The notes under the pieces: model-generated | Database searches by the model: none | What the model was told of the DNA's origin: nothing | What the model saw: only the letters and a program-made list of their open reading frames with translations | In this document: positions 1-9,112 of the stretch, piece after piece | Numbering within the stretch: position 1 is the first letter of the stretch | How the letters are laid out: each line of letters opens with the position of its first letter | NCBI GenBank assembly: GCA_045643925.1 | Contig: JAZRFZ010000038.1 | Location: 1-45,786 of the forward strand | DNA from: Acutalibacteraceae bacterium | GTDB lineage: Bacteria; Bacillota; Clostridia; Oscillospirales; Acutalibacteraceae | DNA: 45,786 bases | Direction of reading: 5' to 3' | Program-made: the position numbers and the translations under genes

Positions 1-46
1 TTGTTGATTTTTCAACGAGATAATGGAATTTAAAAATAATTTGGTG

Positions 47-81
47 TAACAAAACCAGCCACTCCGAAGAGTGGCTGGTTT
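47..81 (-). terminator. Rho-independent terminator downstream of der
   Basis: 11-bp GC-rich stem ACCAGCCACTC / GAGTGGCTGGT (54-64 / 69-79) with a 4-nt loop. On the minus strand it is followed by TTTTGTT. It lies about 10 nt after the der stop. Confidence 0.75.
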
Positions 82-90
82 AGCTGATAT

Positions 91-1428
91 TTAGTGTTTA
101 CTTTTATCGTCGCGTTCACGGATTACGAAGCGGACGGGTGTACCTTCAAGGCCGTAAACCTCTCGAATCTGATTTTCAAGATAGCGCTGATAGCTATAAT
201 GGAAAAGCTCGGCGCTATTTACAAAGCAAATAAATGTTGGTGGTCTTGTTGAAGCCTGAGTCATATAATAAATCTTCAAGCGCTTGCCCCTATCTGTTGG
301 GGGTTGCACACGAAGTGTTGCCGCTGCAAGAATCTCATTAAGCTGACCTGTTTTGATACGCATTGCATTCTGTGTATCAACGAACTTTATAAGCTCGTAA
401 AGGCGGTCAACACGCTGACCGGTTTTGGCAGAAATGAATATAATCGGAGCAAAGGACATAAACGAAAAATCCTTCATAAGCTCTTTGCGGTAGCTATCCA
501 TTGTTTTGCCGTCTTTTTCATAAGCATCCCACTTATTAACGGCGATAATACAAGCTTTACCAAGGTCGAGTGCCTTACCTGCAACCTTACTATCCTGCTC
601 GGTAAATCCCTCGAGGGCATCTACCATAATTACACAGACATTGGCACGTTCAATAGCCATATCTGTACGAAGAACGCTATATTTCTCAACTGCCTCGTCA
701 ACCTTTGATTTACGGCGGAGACCTGCAGTATCAATAAACATAAACTTTCCATGGCTATTTTCAACAAAACTGTCAGTTGCATCACGGGTGGTACCCGCAA
801 TATTTGAAACAATCATTCTGTCCTCACCGATAATTTTGTTGACAAGTGATGATTTACCTACGTTGGGTTTGCCGATAACTGCAACCTTAATATAATCATC
901 TTCATCGTTATCCTCTGCAAGGTATTCCTCAGGAAGGTGCTTGAGAACCTCATCAAGCAAGTCACCTGTGCCGTGACCGTGAACAGATGAAACGGGAATC
1001 GGGTCACCAAGACCAAGGTTATAGAACTCATAAAGCTCGGGTGGCGGTGCACCGAGACCGTCACACTTATTTACTGCAAGGATAATAGGTTTACCGCTCT
1101 TCTGGAGCATTGTTGCAACCTCCTCGTCAGTGGCAACAATGCCGTCACGGACGTCGGTAACCATAATAATTACGTTTGCGCTATCAATGGCAAGTTGAGC
1201 CTGACGGCGCATCTGTGAGAGAATAATATCTGTTGAATAAGGCTCGATACCGCCTGTGTCAACAAGCATCATATTGTGACCAAGCCACTCGCAATCACCG
1301 AAAAGTCGGTCACGGGTAACACCGGGAGTATTATCAACAATGGCAAGTCTTGTGCCTGTAAGCTTGTTGAAAAGTGTTGATTTACCTACATTAGGTCTGC
1401 CAACAATGGCAACAACAGGTCTTGGCAT
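91..1428 (-). CDS. der: Ribosome-associated GTPase Der/EngA (double GTPase domain)
   Basis: Two tandem P-loop GTPase domains ([12 protein letters not shown] and GKPNVGKSSLVN; DTGG/DTAG; NKCD/NKWD) plus a KH-like C-terminus. ATG 1428 is preferred over 1446: a GGAGGTG SD lies 6 nt upstream, and the ATG is 1 nt after the upstream stop. Confidence 0.95.
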   Translation of the reverse strand: MPRPVVAIVGRPNVGKSTLFNKLTGTRLAIVDNTPGVTRDRLFGDCEWLGHNMMLVDTGGIEPYSTDIILSQMRRQAQLAIDSANVIIMVTDVRDGIVATDEEVATMLQKSGKPIILAVNKCDGLGAPPPELYEFYNLGLGDPIPVSSVHGHGTGDLLDEVLKHLPEEYLAEDNDEDDYIKVAVIGKPNVGKSSLVNKIIGEDRMIVSNIAGTTRDATDSFVENSHGKFMFIDTAGLRRKSKVDEAVEKYSVLRTDMAIERANVCVIMVDALEGFTEQDSKVAGKALDLGKACIIAVNKWDAYEKDGKTMDSYRKELMKDFSFMSFAPIIFISAKTGQRVDRLYELIKFVDTQNAMRIKTGQLNEILAAATLRVQPPTDRGKRLKIYYMTQASTRPPTFICFVNSAELFHYSYQRYLENQIREVYGLEGTPVRFVIRERDDKSKH

Positions 1429-1429
1429 A

Positions 1430-2743
1430 TTAAACACCTCCGTCAATTATCATATCTAAAAGCGCATACCCGTCATTGGGCACGGCATAAGTTTTTACAC
1501 CTAAAAATTCTTCAAGTTCCTGGAAAGTAACGTCATCAAGGAACTTGTCGCCCTCATTCCGAAGGGAAACACGAGGAATAAGTAAAGCATCACCTAAGCT
1601 TTTGCCCTTAAGTTGTTCTTTATAATCCTGTCCCGTAATAAGTCCTGCTACTGTTACAGTTTCACCAAAGAATTTATTTGTAATCTTTATAACATTTATT
1701 TTCAGTCCGTTGAACTTTTCTTCTGCCATTCGGGAAAGTTCACACAACAAGTTATATGCCGCATCACCTGTGGCAATGGTAACTGTGCGGTTCACTTCCC
1801 TCTCGGTTGCATCTGCAAGAGCGTTAGTGAATTCGTCCTTAAGGAGCGCACACATACCAACACCGTTATCAAGCTGTGAAAACTCACCGTAATATTCCGC
1901 GGTGGGTAAGGGTCGCTCTGCTATGAGGTAAAATTCATCAGATGCATAGGCGAGAATCTTTCCGTCGTTGAAAAAAGCATAGTGGGCATTGAACTCATCA
2001 ATAATATCAATAACCGCAGAGGCTTCCTCCTTGGTGTAAGTCCTGAGGGGATAAAGTCCGTCGCGGTACTTGGTAAGACCCACAGGAACGGCAGCAATGC
2101 TTTTGATATTAGGTTTATGCTTTGCCAATTCCGACAGTGAAAATCTTAGCTCATCACCATCATTAAGGCCCGGACAAAGCACAAGCTGAGTGTTCATCTC
2201 GATACCGTTCTCGGAAAATCTGTCAATAATCTTAAGCGACTCCCCTGCATGAGGATTTTTCATCATATCAACACGAAGGTCAGGATTCATGGTGTGAACG
2301 GATATATTCACAGGTGAAATGTGCATATCAATAATACGCTGAACCTCACGCTCACAAAGTCCTGTAAGGGTAATATAGTTACCAAAAAGGAATGACATTC
2401 GTGCATCGTCATCTTTGAAATACAAGGTGTCGCGCATACCCTTGGGCATCTGATCAACAAAGCAGAAAACGCACTTATTCTTACAAGAATGCTGCTTGTC
2501 CATAAGGTATGTTTCAAAATCGAGGCCAATATCTGCAAATTCATCACTCTTGCGGATATTGAAGTTCAATTCCTCACCGTTACGCTTAACTGTAAGTGTG
2601 AGTTTGCGTGACTGGATATAAAAGCGGTAATCAAGCACGTCAAAAATCCCGTGTGAATTGACAGAAACAAGCTCATCACCGGGTAAAACACCTGCCCTCT
2701 GACCGTAAGAACCATCAAGAACATCCTTTACAATAACAGACAC
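1430..2743 (-). CDS. DUF512-type radical SAM protein with N-terminal PDZ-like domain
   Basis: PDZ-like GQRAGVLPGDELVSVN and a CX3CX2C cluster motif (CKNKCVFC). The position immediately upstream of der is typical in Firmicutes. GTG 2743 has an AGGGGTGA SD at 5 nt; the alternative GTG 2752 has no usable spacing. Confidence 0.8.
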   Translation of the reverse strand: MSVIVKDVLDGSYGQRAGVLPGDELVSVNSHGIFDVLDYRFYIQSRKLTLTVKRNGEELNFNIRKSDEFADIGLDFETYLMDKQHSCKNKCVFCFVDQMPKGMRDTLYFKDDDARMSFLFGNYITLTGLCEREVQRIIDMHISPVNISVHTMNPDLRVDMMKNPHAGESLKIIDRFSENGIEMNTQLVLCPGLNDGDELRFSLSELAKHKPNIKSIAAVPVGLTKYRDGLYPLRTYTKEEASAVIDIIDEFNAHYAFFNDGKILAYASDEFYLIAERPLPTAEYYGEFSQLDNGVGMCALLKDEFTNALADATEREVNRTVTIATGDAAYNLLCELSRMAEEKFNGLKINVIKITNKFFGETVTVAGLITGQDYKEQLKGKSLGDALLIPRVSLRNEGDKFLDDVTFQELEEFLGVKTYAVPNDGYALLDMIIDGGV

Positions 2744-2830
2744 AATACTCACCCCTTTACATAAAGTCCAACAGGGCGGGGAGACTTTTCTCTCACCGCC
2801 CTCTGAAATACGAGTTGCAACTATTACAGA

Positions 2831-3010
2831 TTAGTCTACTGCGATAACCTGCTTGCCGTTGTAGTAGCCGCATGCTGTGCAAAGTCTGTGGGGTCTCTTG
2901 AACTCACCGCAGTTGGGGCACTTTACGAGTGCAGCTGCATCCATTTTCCAAACGTTGGATCTTCTCTTGTCACGTCTTGCTTTAGAAACTCTTCTCTTAG
3001 GTACTGCCAT
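2831..3010 (-). CDS. rpmF: 50S ribosomal protein L32
   Basis: Absent from the ORF track because it is under 60 aa. My translation is [59 protein letters not shown]. It has the classic L32 N-terminus and a CxxC...CxxC zinc ribbon, with an AGGAGGT SD 9 nt upstream. Confidence 0.93.
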   Translation of the reverse strand: MAVPKRRVSKARRDKRRSNVWKMDAAALVKCPNCGEFKRPHRLCTACGYYNGKQVIAVD

Positions 3011-3049
3011 TTTAGTACTACCTCCTATATAGTATCAAAAAATAATTAA

Positions 3050-3547
3050 CTAATCCAAAAGCTGTAAAAGTGCCTCAAAGCGTGGATCAATGGGCGCTTT
3101 ACAATCACATTGGGTCTCGTTAAGGTTCTTGCCACACTGGGGGCAAAGTCCCTTACAATCTTCGTCGCAAAGGTACTTGGTAGGAAGAGCGAGATTGACA
3201 TCCTCCTCAACAAGTGCATCAAGGTCAAGGCGCATATTCGGTACTTCAAGAAAAGCATCGTTTTCGCCACTCTCGAGGGCAACAACCAAGATGTGCTCAA
3301 AGTTGTAGTTGAACTCACGCTCAACATCCTTAGCACAGCGGTCACAAGGTGCCTCGTATGTAAGACCAACACTTGCAATAAGATTAACGATACCCGCTTT
3401 ATTCTCAACGACGCCCTGAACCCTGGCGGGTGCAGTCACGGGATTATAACCCGAAACATCTATTGCGGAAAGCGAAAGCTCATAATCAAAGGGGAGCTTC
3501 ATACCCTCCGTATTGAAAATTGATTCAAGTTCGATAATCATACACAT
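3050..3547 (-). CDS. yceD: YceD/DUF177 family protein (23S rRNA accumulation protein)
   Basis: C-terminal Cys motif CDEDCKGLCPQCGKNLNETQCDC typical of DUF177. It sits in the canonical position directly upstream of rpmF. Confidence 0.85.
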   Translation of the reverse strand: MCMIIELESIFNTEGMKLPFDYELSLSAIDVSGYNPVTAPARVQGVVENKAGIVNLIASVGLTYEAPCDRCAKDVEREFNYNFEHILVVALESGENDAFLEVPNMRLDLDALVEEDVNLALPTKYLCDEDCKGLCPQCGKNLNETQCDCKAPIDPRFEALLQLLD

Positions 3548-3568
3548 TACCTCTCAACATACCCGAAT

Positions 3569-3597
3569 ATTATATTATCTTAATCCCGTTTTGTCAA
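3569..3597 (-). promoter_or_regulatory. Consensus sigma-A promoter for yceD-rpmF
   Basis: Minus strand reads TTGACA (3592-3597), an exact 17-nt spacer, then TATAAT (3569-3574). It lies about 20 nt upstream of the yceD SD. Confidence 0.7.
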
Positions 3598-3650
3598 TAC
3601 GAAATTTTTATTTTTTTGATATTTTAAAAACAATCTTAATGTAGCTTGAA

Positions 3651-3684
3651 GCAGAAAACAACCCCCTCTGTCGAGGGGGGTTGT
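3651..3684 (-). terminator. Rho-independent terminator after the 138-aa P-loop gene
   Basis: Minus strand reads ACAACCCCCCTC-GACA-GAGGGGGTTGT followed by TTTTCT. It begins about 10 nt after the stop at 3695. Confidence 0.8.
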
Positions 3685-3694
3685 AATGTCATAA

Positions 3695-4111
3695 TCAGAT
3701 AACCTCTACATTTGCGAAAAGTGCTTCGGGAAGCTTCTCTTTGTCTTCAGAAACTGTGAATACAAACTTAACGCCTGTTTCCTCAGACACTTTACTGAGT
3801 TTATTGATAAGAGCAGCGAACTCATCGTAATCTCTGCCAACAATCTTAAATGTAGCGTCAACAAAAATCTCTGTGATATCGTGATCCTGAGCAATAATGC
3901 CACAAACCATACCGTAGAAAGCGTCACAACCCTCAATTCCGAAACGCTCTGTCTCGATAAGTCTTGCCTTGTGAGTTACCTCATAAGTAAGTAACGGGGA
4001 TTTTTCAATGCAAACTACTGTTCCGTCGGAACTTGCAACCGCTTCATTGATAAGAGCGATAAGTCTTTTTGTTTTACCGGAACCTTTGTTGCCTATAATA
4101 AGTGAAATCAT
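3695..4111 (-). CDS. Small stand-alone P-loop NTPase, function unknown
   Basis: Walker A GNKGSGKT at residues 7-14 and a Walker-B-like hydrophobic strand ending in Asp (EIFVDAT). Only 138 aa with no other recognisable domain. GGAGGT SD present. No terminator separates it from pgi upstream. Confidence 0.6.
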   Translation of the reverse strand: MISLIIGNKGSGKTKRLIALINEAVASSDGTVVCIEKSPLLTYEVTHKARLIETERFGIEGCDAFYGMVCGIIAQDHDITEIFVDATFKIVGRDYDEFAALINKLSKVSEETGVKFVFTVSEDKEKLPEALFANVEVI

Positions 4112-4167
4112 GGTGATTTACCTCCGTCGTTTATATTTCTCGCCTTACGGCGTGATTTCTGATTTTA

Positions 4168-5496
4168 TTAAAGTCTGGCTTCGAGTGCCTTTTGGTGCTC
4201 CTCATAGCCGGGTTTACCCAAGAGAGCAAACATATTCTTCTTGTAGCTCTCAACACCGGGTTGGTCAAATGGATTGATACCTAAAATGTAGCCTGAAACT
4301 GCACAAGCCTTTTCAAGGAAATATGCAAGATAACCGAACTCATATTCGTTCATCTGCTCCATTTCAAGAATCATATTGGGTACGCCACCGTCTGTGTGAG
4401 CAAGTACAGTACCCAAGAAGGCTTTCTTGTTAACATAGTCAACTGTCTGACCTGCAACGAAGTTAAAGCCGTCGCCATTTTCGGGGTCAAGACCGATAGT
4501 GAGCTCCTGTTTGGGTTTGTCGAACATTACAACAGTTTCAAACATAAGGCGTTCACCCTCTTGGACATACTGACCAAGTGAATGAAGGTCTGTTGAGAAA
4601 ACTGCAGATGCAGGGAAAATACCCTTACCATCTTTACCCTCGCTCTCACCAAAGAGCTGTTTGAACCACTCATTCATAAGAGTGTAATCGGGTTCATAGG
4701 AAATCATCATTTCGACTGTTTTACCCTTACGATAAAGGATGTTACGCATTGCTGCATATTTGTAGCAATCGTTTGTATAAACATCGCCCTCTGCAAGTTC
4801 TGAACGGGCATCCTGTGCACCCTTCATCATTGCATCGATATCAATACCTGCAACTGCAATGGGTAAAAGACCAACTGCAGTGAGAACTGAGTATCTGCCA
4901 CCGACATCATCAGGAATAACAAAGGTCTGATAACCCTCACGGTCGGAAAGCTCTTTGAGAGTGCCGCGTGCCTTGTCGGTAGTAGCGTAGATACGCTTGG
5001 CAGCTTCTTCCTTGCCGTACTTTTTCTCAAGCAAGTCCTTGAATACTCTGAAAGCGATTGTAGGCTCTGTAGTAGTGCCTGATTTTGAAATAACATTTAC
5101 GGAGAAATCCTTGCCCTCGCAAAGTGCAACGGCCTCTGCCAATGCAGCAGATGAAAGGGTGTTACCCGCAAAAATAATCTGAGGTTTTTCGAAAAGATTG
5201 CGATTCTGTGATTTACAGAACTCGATTGCCGCACGGGCACCGAGATATGAACCGCCGATACCGATAACAACAAGAACCTCGCTGTCGCTACGGATTTTCT
5301 GTGCTGCGGATTTGATACGTGCAAATTCGTCCTTATCGTAGTCAACGGGTAAGTCAATCCAACCGAGGAAATCATTACCTGCGCCTGTACGTGAATCGAG
5401 CAAATCTGCCGCCGCAGTAACTTCGGGTGCTATTGCCTTGATATCAGCATCATCGACAAAGCCCTGAAGATAACGTGTGTTAAGCTTAACTGACAT
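4168..5496 (-). CDS. pgi: Glucose-6-phosphate isomerase
   Basis: About 440-aa Firmicute-type PGI. Motifs include [24 protein letters not shown] and [22 protein letters not shown] present. Confidence 0.95.
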   Translation of the reverse strand: MSVKLNTRYLQGFVDDADIKAIAPEVTAAADLLDSRTGAGNDFLGWIDLPVDYDKDEFARIKSAAQKIRSDSEVLVVIGIGGSYLGARAAIEFCKSQNRNLFEKPQIIFAGNTLSSAALAEAVALCEGKDFSVNVISKSGTTTEPTIAFRVFKDLLEKKYGKEEAAKRIYATTDKARGTLKELSDREGYQTFVIPDDVGGRYSVLTAVGLLPIAVAGIDIDAMMKGAQDARSELAEGDVYTNDCYKYAAMRNILYRKGKTVEMMISYEPDYTLMNEWFKQLFGESEGKDGKGIFPASAVFSTDLHSLGQYVQEGERLMFETVVMFDKPKQELTIGLDPENGDGFNFVAGQTVDYVNKKAFLGTVLAHTDGGVPNMILEMEQMNEYEFGYLAYFLEKACAVSGYILGINPFDQPGVESYKKNMFALLGKPGYEEHQKALEARL

Positions 5497-5557
5497 TAGT
5501 TCATCTCCTGTGACAATGAAATCATTACACCACTTGAGTGTACTGTTTCTTGCTAAT

Positions 5558-5586
5558 ATTTTACAATAAACCGTTTGTCATTTCAA
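5558..5586 (-). promoter_or_regulatory. Candidate sigma-A promoter for pgi
   Basis: Minus strand reads TTGAAA (5581-5586), a 17-nt spacer, then TAAAAT (5558-5563). It is about 60 nt upstream of the pgi ATG. Confidence 0.45.
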
Positions 5587-5634
5587 TAGAATTTTTGCAC
5601 TTTTACAAAAAAACACACATTTTTTAACATTTTG

Positions 5635-5808
5635 TCAATAAACACACTCATTTATTGTAACCTTTACCAAACTTTGGGGTGTCAACACGGCATTAAGGTT
5701 AGCATCTGCCCTTTTAATGACTACAAAGCCAAGGCAAATCACCGTCACAATCAACATAATCGCAACGGAAAATATTGTATAAAATCTAAAAATTCTGTCG
5801 AATTCCAT
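5635..5808 (-). CDS. Small membrane protein (57 aa) downstream of spoIIP, possibly YqxA-like
   Basis: Absent from the ORF track because it is under 60 aa. GAAAGGATG SD-like sequence upstream, and the ATG is 15 nt after the spoIIP stop. Translation: MEFDRIFRFYTIFSVAIMLIVTVICLGFVVIKRADANLNAVLTPQSLVKVTINECVY, with one clear TM helix. Confidence 0.5.
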   Translation of the reverse strand: MEFDRIFRFYTIFSVAIMLIVTVICLGFVVIKRADANLNAVLTPQSLVKVTINECVY

Positions 5809-5823
5809 AAAGCATCCTTTCTG

Positions 5824-6933
5824 TCAATAACTGTCAAGCATTTTCACCAGGCTGTTGCCTATTAACTGAGCGGAATAAACCGCCTCCTGCAAGGTATTTG
5901 CATCGGTACCAAACTCAAGAAGTAATGAGCAGGGTGTCACATTCATATTGTACTTACGGTTACAGAAGAAAACAGGCCGCATGAGACCCTCGTAACTTTC
6001 CTGCGCGGTGTTCTGCAAATGAAGTGCGAAATTGAGATTCTGTTTCCAGTCGGGGAAGTTGGTTACACCATCCCCCTCGCACCCTGTAATAATCATAACC
6101 TGTGCAGCCTTTCTGCCGTTGATGAGTGCTGTGGGTTTACATTTTGTACCGTTATCATATTGAATTGCATCACGGTGAACATCCAAAGTGATTTTAATTG
6201 AGGGGTACTGTTCAAGATACTTCTCCACCGTAACACGTGAGCGGTCATAGGCTCCGTTATAAGCTTTATCATAGATATTTCTGTCGTGAATAACCTTGTA
6301 CCCCGCTTGTTCAAGTGTTTTTGTAAGCTCATCACCTACCCGAACCATATTCCTTGCCTCATCCGCTGTACGTGAAACGTATTGATCCGAGTACCACCCA
6401 AGGTCAAGAAGCTCATACCCTTCGGTAGTGTGGGTGTGATAAATGAGTATATAAGGTTCGTCCTTAGTAACCTTCCCGAGGGGAGGTGCATTATTAAGAA
6501 TAGCTTTAATATCAACAGACTCATCTGTTTTATTATTCACATCAATAATGCCGTAGGAATCACAAGCAGAGCTTCCGCCCATCAGCATTTCCTTTATATT
6601 TCCGCTTTTTTTATAATTTTTGTAAAGCTCCTGTGCCTCTTTGGCAAGTGTTTCAATATCCGCAGGAATGGTATTAACCTTTTCCGTTTCGTAGCCACCT
6701 CCGCCATAACCCGTGACAGAGGTTGTATCCGACTGAACAGCAATTTCTTCAGCGGTGGCGGAATATCCACCCATAAGACTTCTGCCTCCCATACTTTGCA
6801 AAAGTGAATGAGTTGATCCCGCAAGATTATCTCCCCACCTGAATGTAGCAAAAACGAAAGCTACACATACCGCCACACACAAAAAACGTTTTACACTATC
6901 GAGTCTGAAAACCACAATGCCACCCCTTTTCAT
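5824..6933 (-). CDS. spoIIP: Stage II sporulation protein P (engulfment peptidoglycan hydrolase)
   Basis: N-terminal TM segment followed by a SpoIIP amidase-like domain (YILIYHTHTTEGY, TLDVHRDA). It follows gpr, as in Bacillus. An alternative GTG start at 6915 has a better SD (AGGGGTGG). Confidence 0.88.
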   Translation of the reverse strand: MKRGGIVVFRLDSVKRFLCVAVCVAFVFATFRWGDNLAGSTHSLLQSMGGRSLMGGYSATAEEIAVQSDTTSVTGYGGGGYETEKVNTIPADIETLAKEAQELYKNYKKSGNIKEMLMGGSSACDSYGIIDVNNKTDESVDIKAILNNAPPLGKVTKDEPYILIYHTHTTEGYELLDLGWYSDQYVSRTADEARNMVRVGDELTKTLEQAGYKVIHDRNIYDKAYNGAYDRSRVTVEKYLEQYPSIKITLDVHRDAIQYDNGTKCKPTALINGRKAAQVMIITGCEGDGVTNFPDWKQNLNFALHLQNTAQESYEGLMRPVFFCNRKYNMNVTPCSLLLEFGTDANTLQEAVYSAQLIGNSLVKMLDSY

Positions 6934-6962
6934 ATATAATTATGATGGGGTGACATTTTATA

Positions 6963-7841
6963 TTACATCAGCGCATATAACTCCTGTGCTGTCAATGATG
7001 GTTGCAGAGCACAATTTATCGCCATCGCAAGAAGATAGGATGCATTTTTAACAAGCAGGTCAATATCCTTAGGAGCAACCACAAGCCCCTCTCCCTTTCC
7101 TCTGTTTTCTTTGGAAAATTTACCGTGCTCCACGCCAGTAAGCTCTGTTGCAAGACAAAGAGCATCCACAACGGTAGGTACACCAATAGCAATCACGGGC
7201 ACACCAAGGTATTTCTCATCAATACGACCTCTTGTATTCCCTATGCCTGAGCCCGGTGCAATGCCTGTGTCCGACATCTGAACGGTGGTGCCGAGCCTTG
7301 ACACACTACCTGCCGCAAGTGCATCCACAGTTACAACACAACAGGGCTTCACAGTTTCACAAATACTTTTGATATACTCCCCTGTTTCGATACCCGTCTG
7401 TCCGAGGACACCCGAAGAAACCGCAGCAACTGACCTGAGAGGTTTGTCAAACCCCGCCTGTTTATGAAGCTCATCACCGATGTGCCTTGTGGCAAAAATC
7501 TTGGATGCAGTTTGTGGTCCGAGAGAATCCGATGTCATATCAGCATTACCTACACCTGCCACAAGGACAGTGCCCTCACACTTGGGCAGCAAGGCTTTAA
7601 GTGCCTTAACAAGTGCAGATAATCTGCCGTCACTTACTGCAGCAACATCAGAAAAGGCTTCTGTTTCCACGGTAATGAATTTACCCACACCTTTACCGAG
7701 ACGCTTTGCAGCATCGGGTGTCAAAATTTTGATTAAGGTTGTTTTACATTCATCATTCTCATACTCAGTAACCTCAACACCATCAATATCAGCATTGAGC
7801 ATCTCCTTTCTCTCTAATGCTAAATCTGTTCTGAAATCCAT
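6963..7841 (-). CDS. gpr: Germination protease GPR (spore endopeptidase)
   Basis: N-terminus MDFRTDLALE, and about 290 aa of GPR/HybD-fold sequence (VAGVGNADMTSDSLGP). GGTGAGGTGA SD present. Confidence 0.9.
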   Translation of the reverse strand: MDFRTDLALERKEMLNADIDGVEVTEYENDECKTTLIKILTPDAAKRLGKGVGKFITVETEAFSDVAAVSDGRLSALVKALKALLPKCEGTVLVAGVGNADMTSDSLGPQTASKIFATRHIGDELHKQAGFDKPLRSVAAVSSGVLGQTGIETGEYIKSICETVKPCCVVTVDALAAGSVSRLGTTVQMSDTGIAPGSGIGNTRGRIDEKYLGVPVIAIGVPTVVDALCLATELTGVEHGKFSKENRGKGEGLVVAPKDIDLLVKNASYLLAMAINCALQPSLTAQELYALM

Positions 7842-7859
7842 AAAAAATCACCTCACCAA

Positions 7860-7889
7860 TAGTATTGATGAATTTATAATTTTGTATTC
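7860..7889 (-). promoter_or_regulatory. Candidate forespore (sigma-G / sigma-F type) promoter for gpr
   Basis: Minus strand reads GAATA (7885-7889), an 18-nt spacer, then AATACTA (7860-7866). Compare the sigma-G consensus GHATR-N17/18-CATXHTA. B. subtilis gpr is sigma-F/sigma-G dependent. Confidence 0.45.
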
Positions 7890-7905
7890 AAAAACCATAA
7901 ATATA

Positions 7906-7934
7906 TTGCAAAGCTATATATTATATGTTAAAAT
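7906..7934 (+). promoter_or_regulatory. Candidate extended -10 sigma-A promoter for ychF
   Basis: TTGCAA (7906-7911), a 17-nt spacer, then TGT-TAAAAT (-10 at 7929-7934, preceded by TGn). Confidence 0.5.
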
Positions 7935-7966
7935 GATTTGAATTTTTAAAAAGGAAGTTTTTAATA

Positions 7967-9061
7967 ATGAAGCTTGGTATTGTAGGCTTGCCCAACGTTG
8001 GCAAGAGCACACTTTTTAACGCACTTACAAATGCAGGTGCACAGGCGGCTAACTACGCATTCTGCACAATCGAACCCAACATCGGTGTGGTTTCCGTTCC
8101 CGACAAACGACTTGATGCACTTTGCGAAATGTACAACCCCGTGAAGGTAACACCTGCTACAATCGAATTCGTTGACATTGCAGGTCTTGTTAAGGGCGCA
8201 TCACAGGGCGAAGGCCTTGGTAACAAGTTCCTTTCACATATCCGTGAGGTTGATGCGATTATTCACGTTGTACGTTGTTTTGATAACGACGATATTATGC
8301 ACGTTGACGGTGACGTTAACCCTCAGCGTGATATTGAAACAATCAACCTTGAGCTTATTCTCTCCGACGCTGAAATCCTCGGCAGAAGAATCGACAGAAC
8401 AACAAAAGCTATGAAGGGCGACAAAACCCTTGCAAGTGAACTCAAGGTACTCGAAAAGGTTCGCGAGGCGCTCGACAATGGTCTTTGTGCACGAACTGTT
8501 GACCTTACTGATGATGAAAAAGCAATTATTGATACAGTTGACCTACTCACATCAAAGCCTGTTATTTACGCTTGTAATATGAGCGAAGAAGATTTCGCGG
8601 CAGAAATCACTTCAAATGCCCGTTACAATGCAGTTAAGACAATCGCAGCAGAAGAAGGCAGCCAGGTACTCCCCATCTGTGCAGAGCTTGAAGCACAGAT
8701 TGCAGAGCTTGACCAGGACGAAAAGGAAATGTTCCTCGCAGAGCTTGGTGTTGAAACAGGCGGTCTTGACCTCCTTATTGAGCGCAGCTACGACTTGCTT
8801 GGCCTTATGAGTTACCTCACTGCAGGACAACCCGAGGTAAGAGCATGGACAATCAAGAAAGGTACAAAAGCTCCTCAGGCAGCCGGTAAAATCCACTCCG
8901 ACTTTGAGCGTGGATTTATCAGAGCAGAGGTTGTTTCCTTTGATGTACTTATGGAGTGCGGTTCAATGACAGTCGCAAAGGAAAAAGGTCTTGTACGCTC
9001 CGAAGGTAAAGAGTACGTTATGCAGGATGGCGACATTGTTCTGTTCAGATTCAATGTTTAA
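7967..9061 (+). CDS. ychF: Ribosome-binding ATPase YchF
   Basis: [22 protein letters not shown]-loop, a coiled-coil insertion, and a TGS-like C-terminus ([14 protein letters not shown]). 364 aa. Confidence 0.95.
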   Translation: MKLGIVGLPNVGKSTLFNALTNAGAQAANYAFCTIEPNIGVVSVPDKRLDALCEMYNPVKVTPATIEFVDIAGLVKGASQGEGLGNKFLSHIREVDAIIHVVRCFDNDDIMHVDGDVNPQRDIETINLELILSDAEILGRRIDRTTKAMKGDKTLASELKVLEKVREALDNGLCARTVDLTDDEKAIIDTVDLLTSKPVIYACNMSEEDFAAEITSNARYNAVKTIAAEEGSQVLPICAELEAQIAELDQDEKEMFLAELGVETGGLDLLIERSYDLLGLMSYLTAGQPEVRAWTIKKGTKAPQAAGKIHSDFERGFIRAEVVSFDVLMECGSMTVAKEKGLVRSEGKEYVMQDGDIVLFRFNV

Positions 9062-9077
9062 TACAATCATAACAAAC

Positions 9078-9112
9078 AAAACCGAGTGTTCATTTCGAAC
9101 ACTCGGTTTTTT
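9078..9112. terminator. Bidirectional terminator between convergent ychF and aroF
   Basis: Stem CCGAGTGTTC (9082-9091) pairs with GAACACTCGG (9097-9106) around a 5-nt loop. It is flanked by AAAA upstream and TTTTTT downstream. Confidence 0.8.

Noticed and set aside
2753-2830. The hairpin AGGGCGG...CCGCCCT after rpmF, considered as a terminator.
   Set aside because: On the coding (minus) strand it is followed by GTTGGAC rather than a U-tract, and the next gene starts about 30 nt later. It is more likely a stabilising or partial element, and too uncertain to annotate.
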